A stretch of 64,000 bases of DNA, taken from assembly GCA_040776945.1 (NCBI GenBank), contig JAXGZN010000001.1:960001-1024000 (forward strand), given 5' to 3'. The position numbers were made by a program, and so were the translations under genes. The notes under the pieces are model-generated. The model did not search any database and was not told the DNA's origin. It saw nothing but the letters and a program-made list of their open reading frames with translations. How positions within the stretch are numbered: position 1 is the stretch's first letter; each line of letters opens with the position of its first letter. This document shows, in pieces, positions 32,343-40,954 of the stretch. Source of the stretch: Methanomassiliicoccaceae archaeon (GTDB lineage Archaea > Thermoplasmatota > Thermoplasmata > Methanomassiliicoccales > Methanomassiliicoccaceae).

Positions 32343-33858
32343 CCGTGGTGCGGGATATGTACGGCAGCTTCTGCAGTATCATGCCCTCGACGGTCACCGG
32401 GTTGAACTTCCTCGAGAGCTCGATCGCCTGGTCCAGCTTGGCCTGGCTGTCAGCATGGATGGTCAGCACCGCCTCCCCGTCGTCCACACGGTTGCCCCGC
32501 TTCTTGTGAAGCAAGATGCCCGCACCCTTGTCCTTGGGCGCGCCGGCGGCGCGGGCCAGAGCTACGAGCTCCTTGTTCCGGATGCTGTTCACGTACCCGC
32601 ACATCTTGGCGTTGATGTCGTAGGTGTACTCTCCCACCTTGATGTCCGTGGACCTGATCTCCGGGTTCCCTCCCTGCGCGGCCACGATCTCGCGGAACTT
32701 GTCCAGCGCCCTGCCGGACATGAGTATCTCGCGCGCTCTTGCGTCCCCCCTCTTGATGCCCCCCATCTCCAGCAGCATCCCGGCCATGCCGCAGGCCTTC
32801 TCAATGACGCTGCTGGGGTGCAGCTCGCCCTCCAGGATCCGTATGGCCTCGCGGGCTTCCAGCGCAGGCCCTATGGCCCGGCCGACCGGCTGCTCCCCGT
32901 AGGTGATGGCGCATTCCACATGGATGCCGAGGCGCTCGCCCAGGTCCACAAAGTCCTTGGCGTACGCCTGGGCCTTCTCCATGTTGGGCACCTTGGTCCC
33001 GGCGCCGACGGGAATATCGATCGCGAGGAACTCGGCGCCGACCGCCTTCTTCTTGCTCATGACCGAGGCGAGAAGCTGAGCGTGGGGGTCGATCCCCAGC
33101 GGGTACTCCACCCTGATGATCAGATCGTCCGCCGGGGCAAGGTTGACCGAGCCGCCCCAAGCCAGCGCTCCGCCGGTGGTCTCGGCGATGTTGCGCAGCT
33201 TATTGGCGTCGAAGTCCACGCCGGTGAACACCTCCACGATGTCCGAGGTGCCGGCCGCGGAGCTGATGGCCCGCGATGAGGTCTTGGGGATGAGCAGCCC
33301 GGCAGCGGCGACTATCGGCACCACGATCAACGTGATCTTGTTCCCTGGACAACCGCCGATGGAGTGAAAGTCGAACACCGGGGAACGGTCGAACTTGATG
33401 GTCTCGCCCGTTTCCACCATAGCCTGGGTCAGGTCGGCGGTCTCCCGTAGGTTCATTCCATTGATGTGGAGCGAGGTGACGTACGCGGTCAGCTCTATGT
33501 TGCTCAGGTTGTGCGCCGCGATGTCGTTGATGATCGTGCGTATCTCCTCGGTCGTTAGCTCCTTCCCGTTCATCTTCTTCTTTATGAACTCGATAGAATC
33601 GGGCTTGGAGGTCGCCACCACCTCGATCAGCTCGTCCGGCTCCGGCCCGAGGTCCGCATACCCGCGCCCCAGAATGCCGACCTCGCCCTTTTCCACCACG
33701 GTAACGGTGGTCTGCACCACCGCCACGATCGAGCTTCTCTCGTGCTTGATCCTGATCCTGTCCTGCTCCCTGACCCCGATCTCCAGCGCGTCCTCGCGGT
33801 TCAGCACCGCGGTGTACTCCGCCGATTCCATATCGATGTACTTGGCCTTCAGCTGCAT
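32293..33858 (-). CDS. AMP phosphorylase
   Basis: N-terminal extension, HSIGGCPGNK, PKTSSRAISSAAGT, QPVG.AIGPALEA. Confidence 0.93.
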   Translation of the reverse strand: MQLKAKYIDMESAEYTAVLNREDALEIGVREQDRIRIKHERSSIVAVVQTTVTVVEKGEVGILGRGYADLGPEPDELIEVVATSKPDSIEFIKKKMNGKELTTEEIRTIINDIAAHNLSNIELTAYVTSLHINGMNLRETADLTQAMVETGETIKFDRSPVFDFHSIGGCPGNKITLIVVPIVAAAGLLIPKTSSRAISSAAGTSDIVEVFTGVDFDANKLRNIAETTGGALAWGGSVNLAPADDLIIRVEYPLGIDPHAQLLASVMSKKKAVGAEFLAIDIPVGAGTKVPNMEKAQAYAKDFVDLGERLGIHVECAITYGEQPVGRAIGPALEAREAIRILEGELHPSSVIEKACGMAGMLLEMGGIKRGDARAREILMSGRALDKFREIVAAQGGNPEIRSTDIKVGEYTYDINAKMCGYVNSIRNKELVALARAAGAPKDKGAGILLHKKRGNRVDDGEAVLTIHADSQAKLDQAIELSRKFNPVTVEGMILQKLPYISRTTVIERTFCPGPAAPQGD

Positions 33859-33860
33859 GT

Positions 33861-35105
33861 CTATCCCCACTTGGCGATCGCTTCCCGGAGCTCCTTATGG
33901 GTCTGGGCATACTCCGAGAAAGGTATGCCCTCAAAGGCCGCATCCACGGCCTGTACCATGGCCAGGGCTCCGCCGCGCACTCCTCTCGGATGCCCGGCCA
34001 CGCCACCGCCGGCCTGGATCTGGATGTTCGTCCCCGTTATCTTGACCAAGGGCTCAATGAGCGCCGGATGCATGCCTCCGGAGGCCACAGGCATCACCGG
34101 CTTGTACGGCATCTTCGGATCGATGCAGGCGTCCTGATTGGCCAGGTCCTCCTTCGGGCTCCCTTTCATCTTGCCGACGCCGAACGTTCCGACGTGCAGG
34201 GCATCCCCGCCGCACATGCGGACCAGTTTAGAGAAGACCCTCATGGACACCCCATGGTCCTTGTTGCGGGTTATAGCGCCGTGCATGGTGCGGTGAACAT
34301 GGATGGGCAGTTTTATCGAGGGGTCCTCGGCGAGAGCCTGCACCGCAGCGAACCCGCAGGTGATGACATCGACCATCAGTTCCGACGCGCCTAGCTCCTG
34401 GGCGCGCTCTCCTACCTCAACGATCCGCTCGCCGTTGGTAGAGACATTGATCGCGTGCATCATTATGTGGCCGGTCTCCTGCTTCACCCGGTCGATGGCC
34501 TCCGCGATGGCGACCACGCGGTCCTCCAGAGGGCAGAACCTCTGGTTGGACAACGTCTCATCGTCCTTGCTGTTGGTCAGCCCGCCCATACCGCTCTCGT
34601 AGATGTAGTCCGCATATCCCGACGGGGGCAGACCGATCTTAGGTTTTACTATTGTCCCCACCAGAGGCTTGGCCGGTCGCTTCAGGGCCTCTCTCATGCC
34701 AGGTATGCCGAACTTGGGGCCTTTGAACTCGCGGAGCATGCTCTTTGGGAAGTCCACGTCCTCGAGCCTGACGCCCTTCAGTCCCTCCAGGCCGAACAGG
34801 TTGCCGGCTATGACGCTAAGGATCTGGGGCACTCCACCGATGTCTAGGCTGAAGTCCTCTTCCGGGTAGGCGATGGTGGCAACATCGCCCTCGATGGCCG
34901 TGACCCGTCCGTGGTATCTCTCGAAGATATCATCGTTTAGCGTCGATACCCCGGTCCACGTGCCGGTCGACTGCTCGGTCGCGATGGCGGCGGCTGCCTG
35001 CTTCATGTCCAGGTCGGTCACGATCTTGTACTTGCAGATGACATAGGCTTCGGGGTCCACCGGCTCCCCCAGATGCAGATACTTATCGGAATACTCCATG
35101 CTCAT
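33861..35105 (-). CDS. rbcL: Form III-type RubisCO large subunit
   Basis: EQSTGTW, KPKIGL, KDDE, HVHRTMHG, LHVGT..GKM, SGG and QAGGG active-site motifs present. Confidence 0.93.
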   Translation of the reverse strand: MSMEYSDKYLHLGEPVDPEAYVICKYKIVTDLDMKQAAAAIATEQSTGTWTGVSTLNDDIFERYHGRVTAIEGDVATIAYPEEDFSLDIGGVPQILSVIAGNLFGLEGLKGVRLEDVDFPKSMLREFKGPKFGIPGMREALKRPAKPLVGTIVKPKIGLPPSGYADYIYESGMGGLTNSKDDETLSNQRFCPLEDRVVAIAEAIDRVKQETGHIMMHAINVSTNGERIVEVGERAQELGASELMVDVITCGFAAVQALAEDPSIKLPIHVHRTMHGAITRNKDHGVSMRVFSKLVRMCGGDALHVGTFGVGKMKGSPKEDLANQDACIDPKMPYKPVMPVASGGMHPALIEPLVKITGTNIQIQAGGGVAGHPRGVRGGALAMVQAVDAAFEGIPFSEYAQTHKELREAIAKWG

Positions 35106-36034
35106 TCCTCGTTTGCCTCGAATATGGACTCCTGTCCCAGCTCTTTAACTATGACCTCGTAGGCGGCGTACGGTGATATCAGGCCGATCTCCGTGACGAT
35201 GGAATCGATGTACTCCGCTGGGGTGGCATCGAACACTGGGTTCTTGACCATGACCTTCGGAGGGAGAAGCCGGGGATCTATGATCTCGCTCGCATCCCGC
35301 TCCTCGATCTCCACCATCTCGCCGTGCACCGTCTTTGGAGAGAACTTGTATGTCTCGGCGCACACGATGAACGGAACGCGGGCCTCGTCGGCGGCGAGCG
35401 CCACCTGCGAGGTACCTATCTTATTGATCAGCGCGCCGTTAGAGCAGATGGTGTCCGCCCCGACCAGGACGACATCGATCTCCTTCATGATCCACCGGAC
35501 CGCGCTGTCGATGATGAGCGTCGTCGGCACACCGGCGGCCGCCAGGTCCTTCACGGTCAGCAGCCCCTGCCTCCAGGGCCGGGACTCCGTCGCGTACACC
35601 TTGATGTCCTTCCCGTCCGCATGCGCCGTCTTGATGACCCCGAGCGCAGCCTTGCTGTTGCAATGGGTAAGGACGGTCATCCCGCTCCTTAGCCTCTTGG
35701 ACCCAATGCGGCCGATCATGCCCACTGCCTTGCTGGACCTCTCCACGAAGGAATCGGCGTTGGTGGCGACCAAGGAACGGAGCTCGTCCGCGCTCTCCGC
35801 GGAGGAAGAACCGCGCATGGTGGCCTGCACCGCGTTCCACAGAGATATGGCGGTCGGCCGGGAGGCTATCAGCTGCCTCCGCCCATCATCAAGTCTCCGA
35901 CGGAGCTCCCCGAGGTCGTCCCCCTTATAGTCTAAGGCTTGCTGCTTCAGCGCCTCCGCGGCGCTCCGGGCGATCAGCCCCGCCCCTCTGATCTCCATGC
36001 TCTTGATGGAGCTTGCAACCTCGATGAGACCCAT
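35102..36034 (-). CDS. Ribose-1,5-bisphosphate isomerase (eIF2B-like)
   Basis: IRGAG, SRPTA, THCNS, ESRP, GAD, NKIGT, FDATP; sits in the AMP-pathway operon. Confidence 0.92.
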   Translation of the reverse strand: MGLIEVASSIKSMEIRGAGLIARSAAEALKQQALDYKGDDLGELRRRLDDGRRQLIASRPTAISLWNAVQATMRGSSSAESADELRSLVATNADSFVERSSKAVGMIGRIGSKRLRSGMTVLTHCNSKAALGVIKTAHADGKDIKVYATESRPWRQGLLTVKDLAAAGVPTTLIIDSAVRWIMKEIDVVLVGADTICSNGALINKIGTSQVALAADEARVPFIVCAETYKFSPKTVHGEMVEIEERDASEIIDPRLLPPKVMVKNPVFDATPAEYIDSIVTEIGLISPYAAYEVIVKELGQESIFEANEE

Positions 36035-36075
36035 GTGATCCTCGACCAGCTAGAACAGGTGATGTAAGATATAAC

Positions 36076-37794
36076 CTAGGCGCTCCGTTTACGGAAGATC
36101 TCTCTTACCTTCTCCACCGGCATGGTGTTGACAACGTCCTCCCGCTCCAACCACCCCCGCCTGGCGGTGTGCACCGCGAAGCGCATGTAGTCCAGCTCCT
36201 CTATCCAATGCGAATCGGTCCCAAGCACCACCTTGGCCCCCAGTTCCTTGGCCTTTCGGCATCCAATATCGTTGAGGTCCATCCGCTCCAGGGAGGCGTT
36301 GACCTCGAGGAGCGCTCCGGTGCGTGCCGCCTCCTCCAATATGCGGTCCATGTCCACCTGGTAAGGCTCTCGGCGGCCTATCAGTCTTCCCGACGGATGG
36401 CCGAGGATGTTCAGCTCCTTGCAGGAAAGCGCGGTGAGGATCCTCTCGGTCATTTCCTCCCGACCCATCTTGAGATGCGAGTGCACCGAACCAATCACAT
36501 AATCGAGCTGTTCGAGGATATCTTGGGAGTAATCGAGGGAACCGTCTTCCATGATGTCCACCTCCGCCCCCCTCAGTATTGGGAACCCTAGCTCCTCGCT
36601 CAGCTGTCTCGCCTCCTCCACCGAGGCCAAGAGATCGTCTGCCTGCAGGCCGTGCGCAATGTGCAGAGAGCTCGAGTGGTCGGTGATCCCTATATATCGA
36701 TATCCCCGCCGGACGGCCTCGGCCACCACTTCCCGCATGGTCGCCTTTCCATCGCTCAGGACCGTATGGACGTGAAAGTCCCCGAGAATGTCCTCCTCCC
36801 TTACCAGCTCGGGAAGGCGCTGCCTTTCGGCCGCGTCTATCTCGCCTCGGTCCTCGCGAAGTTCGGGCGGTATGGGTTCGAGACCCAGGAGCCGGTATAT
36901 GTCATCCTCGTCACCACCGGCCACCATCTCTCCCGATCCTCTGCGGAAAAGTCCGTACTCGTTGAGCCTGTAGCCCTGCTGGATGGCTCGTCTTCTCATG
37001 ACCACGTTGTGCTCCTTGGAGCCGGTGAAGTACTGGAGCGCAGCCCCGTAGCTGGAGCGCGGGACCGCTCTTAGGTCAACCTGCGTGCCGTCGACCAGGC
37101 GTACGGTGGAGCGGGTCGGGCCCTTGGAGATTACTGCTGCCACCAGCTCATACGACGTGAAGAGGTCCATCGCCGCGCCGGGGTTGTCGCTGCCCACCAA
37201 CAGGTCGATGTCCCCCACGGTGTCCTTCCACCTCCGCAGGGAGCCGGCCACGCTCACCTCGTCCATTCCGCCTGAGCGCAGATGCCTGACCACCGCCTCG
37301 GCGATCGGCAGGGCATGTCCTAGCAGCATCCGGCCGGCATGGCCTTGCACCAGCTCGATCCCCCTTAGGATGTTCTCCTCCCTCTTGACGCCGAACCCCT
37401 TGAGGGACCGTATGCGGTGCCCCTCGGCAGCCTTCCTCAGGCCCTCCAGGTCGGACACTCCCAGCTCGCGGTACAGGGTGACAGCGGTCCGGGGCCCGAC
37501 ATCGGGGACCTTCATCATCTCCATAATCCCTGCGGGGAACTCTGCCCTCAGTTCCTCCAGGCTCCTCAGGCCGCCGGTCTGCACAAGCTCCTCTATCTTC
37601 CTGGCTATGGCCTTGCCCACTCCAGGGATGCTCTCCAGCTTCCCCTTGGACATGTAATCGCTCACTTCGACGTCCAGATCCTCGATGCTCTGTGCCGCCT
37701 TTCGATAGGCGTTCCGCTTGAACACGTCGCCCTTCAGGTCCATGATCTCCGCGAGCTCGAAAAGCACGCTAGCGATGTCCGAGTTCCTCATCAT
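36076..37794 (-). CDS. polX: DNA polymerase X with PHP domain
   Basis: HhH motifs, GSLRR, GDIDLL, VDLR, YFTGSK; PHP motifs HVHT, TDHS, TDSH. Confidence 0.93.
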   Translation of the reverse strand: MMRNSDIASVLFELAEIMDLKGDVFKRNAYRKAAQSIEDLDVEVSDYMSKGKLESIPGVGKAIARKIEELVQTGGLRSLEELRAEFPAGIMEMMKVPDVGPRTAVTLYRELGVSDLEGLRKAAEGHRIRSLKGFGVKREENILRGIELVQGHAGRMLLGHALPIAEAVVRHLRSGGMDEVSVAGSLRRWKDTVGDIDLLVGSDNPGAAMDLFTSYELVAAVISKGPTRSTVRLVDGTQVDLRAVPRSSYGAALQYFTGSKEHNVVMRRRAIQQGYRLNEYGLFRRGSGEMVAGGDEDDIYRLLGLEPIPPELREDRGEIDAAERQRLPELVREEDILGDFHVHTVLSDGKATMREVVAEAVRRGYRYIGITDHSSSLHIAHGLQADDLLASVEEARQLSEELGFPILRGAEVDIMEDGSLDYSQDILEQLDYVIGSVHSHLKMGREEMTERILTALSCKELNILGHPSGRLIGRREPYQVDMDRILEEAARTGALLEVNASLERMDLNDIGCRKAKELGAKVVLGTDSHWIEELDYMRFAVHTARRGWLEREDVVNTMPVEKVREIFRKRSA

Positions 37795-37876
37795 TGCACG
37801 ATGCGTCCAAATCGGAATATATGCAGTCTGCGATAATGGAGCTTATCATCCTTCTATCCGTGAAGGAGGGCCCGGC

Positions 37877-39127
37877 ATGGCAGATATGAACCCGTATGAG
37901 GTGGCGAAAGAGCAGGTAAGGAGCGTGGGCGAGGCGTTAGGCCTAAATGAAGGAATGATCAGCTTCCTGACACATCCCAAGCGGGAGCTGACGGTCAGCT
38001 TCCCGGTCAAGATGGACGACGGCTCATACCGGATGTTCACCGGCCACCGGGTCCAACACTCTGATGCCAGGGGCCCGTGCAAGGGCGGCATACGGTATCA
38101 CCCGGGGGTGACTCTGGACGAGATCCGGGCGATGGCTATGTGGATGACCTGGAAGTGCGCTACCGTGGGGATCCCCTTCGGAGGCGCCAAGGGAGGCGTG
38201 GTGTGCAACCCCAAAGAGATGTCCAAGGGAGAGGTGGAGAGGCTGACGCGGAGGTTCACCACGGAGATCGAGCCGATCATCGGACCGTACCAGGACATCC
38301 CCGCTCCTGACGTTTACACCGATTCCCAAACAATGGCCTGGATCATGGATACTTACTCCCACAAGGTCGGAAAGGTCACCCCGGCCAGCGTGACAGGGAA
38401 ACCTATCGCCCTGGGTGGATCAGAGGGCCGGAGCGAGGCGACCTCCCGGGGACTGATGTACTGCGTGCGCGAGGCCTTGAGGGCCAAGAGGCTCGAGCCA
38501 GAACGGTCCACCGTGGTGGTGCAGGGCTTCGGGAACGTGGGCGGGAACGCTGCCAGGCTGCTGCATGATGAGCTGGGCCTCAAGGTCCTAGCGGTTTCCG
38601 ACTCCTCCGGAGGGATCTACGACCCGGCAGGCCTGGACATCCACAAGGTAAAAGAGCATAAGAAGGCGACCGGCTCGGTCGAAGGCTTTCCGGGAGCCAC
38701 GAACATCACCAACCGCGATCTCCTGGAGCTGGAATGCACCGTGCTGGTGCCTGCGGCGCTGGAAGGAACGATCGACCGCAGCAATGCTGACCGGATCAAG
38801 GCGGTCATAGTGGCCGAGGGGGCCAACGGGCCGACCTTGCCGGAGGCCGACCGGACGTTGCATGAAAGGGGCACCATGGTCATCCCCGACATCCTGGCCA
38901 ATGCCGGGGGGGTGACCGCGTCGTACTTCGAGTGGGCCCAGGACCTCCAGTTCATCTTCTGGTCGGTCGACGAGGTCAACGAGCGCCTGAACCGCATCAT
39001 GACCGCGGCGTTCAGCCGTGTGCTCTCCAGGTCCGCGGAGAGGAAGGTGGACATGAGGACCGGGGCCTACCTCCTGGCCATGAAAGAGGTGGTCGATGCG
39101 GTGGAGATGCGGGGGATTTATCCTTAG
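37877..39127 (+). CDS. gdhA: Glutamate dehydrogenase
   Basis: KGGIRYHP, GGAKGG, DIPAPD, QGFGNVG, EGANGP; start re-placed to ATG 37877; ends in TAG. Confidence 0.95.
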   Translation: MADMNPYEVAKEQVRSVGEALGLNEGMISFLTHPKRELTVSFPVKMDDGSYRMFTGHRVQHSDARGPCKGGIRYHPGVTLDEIRAMAMWMTWKCATVGIPFGGAKGGVVCNPKEMSKGEVERLTRRFTTEIEPIIGPYQDIPAPDVYTDSQTMAWIMDTYSHKVGKVTPASVTGKPIALGGSEGRSEATSRGLMYCVREALRAKRLEPERSTVVVQGFGNVGGNAARLLHDELGLKVLAVSDSSGGIYDPAGLDIHKVKEHKKATGSVEGFPGATNITNRDLLELECTVLVPAALEGTIDRSNADRIKAVIVAEGANGPTLPEADRTLHERGTMVIPDILANAGGVTASYFEWAQDLQFIFWSVDEVNERLNRIMTAAFSRVLSRSAERKVDMRTGAYLLAMKEVVDAVEMRGIYP

Positions 39128-39151
39128 AACGCATCTAGGTACTCGATAGAT

Positions 39152-39790
39152 ATGATGGAAGCGGTCGTGTCACTATCGATGCCAGACAACTGGATCACCG
39201 ACATCGTGGAGATGTACCCCTCGGTGATAAGGATCATCGATACGAAGGATATGAAAGAGGGGGTCAGGGACCTGGTCCAGATCGATGTGGAGAACGAGGA
39301 GGACCTTCCCAAGGTCATCGAGCAGGTCCGCAACAATCCCAACATATTCAACGTTGACATCAGCGCCGTGGACAAGAGCCGGGCGCTGGCCGCCTTCTCC
39401 ACCAACCAGTGCGTGGCCTGCCGCCTGCTGGCAGGCACCGAGTGCTTCCTCACCGGCTCCATGACGACCGGGGACGGCCGCCTCAAGTGGACGATGCTGG
39501 TGACCAAGAAGAAGGCGCTGCAGGAACTGATCGACAATCTCGGCAAGATCAATGCTCAGCCCAAGCTCATCAAGCTCACAGAGATCAGCGACACCGATGA
39601 GCTGACCAAACGGCAGGAGCAGGTGACCAGGATGGCCTTCGAGAGAGGGTACTTCGATTTCCCCAGGAAGGTCGGCCTTAAGGAACTGGCTGCCTCGTTC
39701 AACGTGTCCACCTCCACCTTGTCGGAGATCCTCCGCAAGGGACAGCGGCGCATCATGATGCGCTATTTCAGCGAGCACCGGCAGTACTGA
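39152..39790 (+). CDS. Bat/HTH_10-type transcriptional regulator
   Basis: C-terminal LT.RQ....A...GYFD.PR...L.ELA.....S.ST.SE.LR. Confidence 0.88.
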   Translation: MMEAVVSLSMPDNWITDIVEMYPSVIRIIDTKDMKEGVRDLVQIDVENEEDLPKVIEQVRNNPNIFNVDISAVDKSRALAAFSTNQCVACRLLAGTECFLTGSMTTGDGRLKWTMLVTKKKALQELIDNLGKINAQPKLIKLTEISDTDELTKRQEQVTRMAFERGYFDFPRKVGLKELAASFNVSTSTLSEILRKGQRRIMMRYFSEHRQY

Positions 39791-39811
39791 TCCTCTCGCC
39801 GGAGGGTCGAG

Positions 39812-40081
39812 ATGATCGGCGACAATATCATCTTCATCGGCCGGAAGGACACCATGGACTATGTCACGGCGGTGGTCACCCAGTTCCGGAGCGGCTCGAA
39901 AGAGGTGGTCATCAAGGCCCGGGGGAAGGCCATCAGCAAAGCTGTGGACGTGGCGGAGATCGTGCGCAACCGCTTCATCCGCGATGCGACGGTCAAGGAA
40001 GTCCGCATCGGCACCGAGCATATCGCAGCCGCGGACGGCGAGACCAACGTCTCGTCCATCGAGGTCGTTCTGGAAAGATGA
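39812..40081 (+). CDS. albA: Chromatin/RNA-binding protein Alba
   Basis: IKARGKAISKAVDVAE, NVSSIEV. Confidence 0.95.
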   Translation: MIGDNIIFIGRKDTMDYVTAVVTQFRSGSKEVVIKARGKAISKAVDVAEIVRNRFIRDATVKEVRIGTEHIAAADGETNVSSIEVVLER

Positions 40082-40088
40082 GGGCCCT

Positions 40089-40793
40089 TCACAACGTGCC
40101 GCTGGTGATGCACTTCAGGTTGCTGATGATCCGGTCCTCCAGGGCCGGAGGGTAGACCGAGAGGAGAAGTATGCCCTTCATGGTGACAGCCAGGTCGGAG
40201 AGCGTCTGCAGGAACTTCAGCACCCCGACCTGGTCGTTCTGCACGATGAGGTACTCGACGCCCTCCAAGAGGACGACGCGCCCCTCCTCTTCCTTCATGA
40301 AGCTCCGGGTCTCGGACACGATGCGTCCCATGTCCGAGGGGGACAGGACCGCGAATTTCCCGTATTGGCCGCTCTCATGCTTTGTCAGCCATACTGCGGT
40401 CACGCTTTCGTTGAGGCCGTCCCAATAGTTGCCGGGGAAGCTCCTCAATATGCACAGCGCCTTCGTGCCGTCGGCCGTGAGCTGGTTCACTGCCGTTAGC
40501 GCTTTGGTGGGGTACATGCTCTCTATGAGATAGGTGTTGCCCAGCTCCACGTTCACCTTGGGTGCCTTGGCCTGAGACTTCGTAAGGAGGTCGATCCCCG
40601 TCTCGGCCCTGATGCCTGTCTTGATGTCGCGCACCGAGTCACCTATGGATTGGCGCTTGCTCTTTGCCATGACCTGGATCTCCCGAGGACTAAAACCTTT
40701 GGTGGTCAACCCTATGAGCTCGTCCCAGGCCTTGTTCAGGCCCTCCTCATAGCCTTTGACGTAACCCCTATAGAAGTCCTCCCGCGCTGACAA
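40089..40793 (-). CDS. DUF835 (inactive KaiC-like fold) protein with N-terminal GxxxG repeat helix
   Basis: LCILR..P, WLT, VVLLEGVEYL...N....LKFL; N-terminal YRGYVKGYEEGL. Confidence 0.78.
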   Translation of the reverse strand: MSAREDFYRGYVKGYEEGLNKAWDELIGLTTKGFSPREIQVMAKSKRQSIGDSVRDIKTGIRAETGIDLLTKSQAKAPKVNVELGNTYLIESMYPTKALTAVNQLTADGTKALCILRSFPGNYWDGLNESVTAVWLTKHESGQYGKFAVLSPSDMGRIVSETRSFMKEEEGRVVLLEGVEYLIVQNDQVGVLKFLQTLSDLAVTMKGILLLSVYPPALEDRIISNLKCITSGTL

Positions 40794-40954
40794 TGCATCC
40801 CGCGCGCAATAATTGCTTCGCGGATAAATATCTTCGTCCGAGAATATCCGTCCTAGAAGTATCGCCCCACGGGGCCGCCCATCCGCCGGGAGGCAGGCGG
40901 GGTCCCGGGGATGGAAGGGACCCCTAAGCCTTAAGAGCGGTGGTGCTGTAGGGT

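Noticed and set aside
33861-36078. TAG read-through fusions for polX to isomerase and rbcL to AMP phosphorylase
   Set aside because: The downstream genes are out of frame; the rbcL read-through hits TGA after 3 codons
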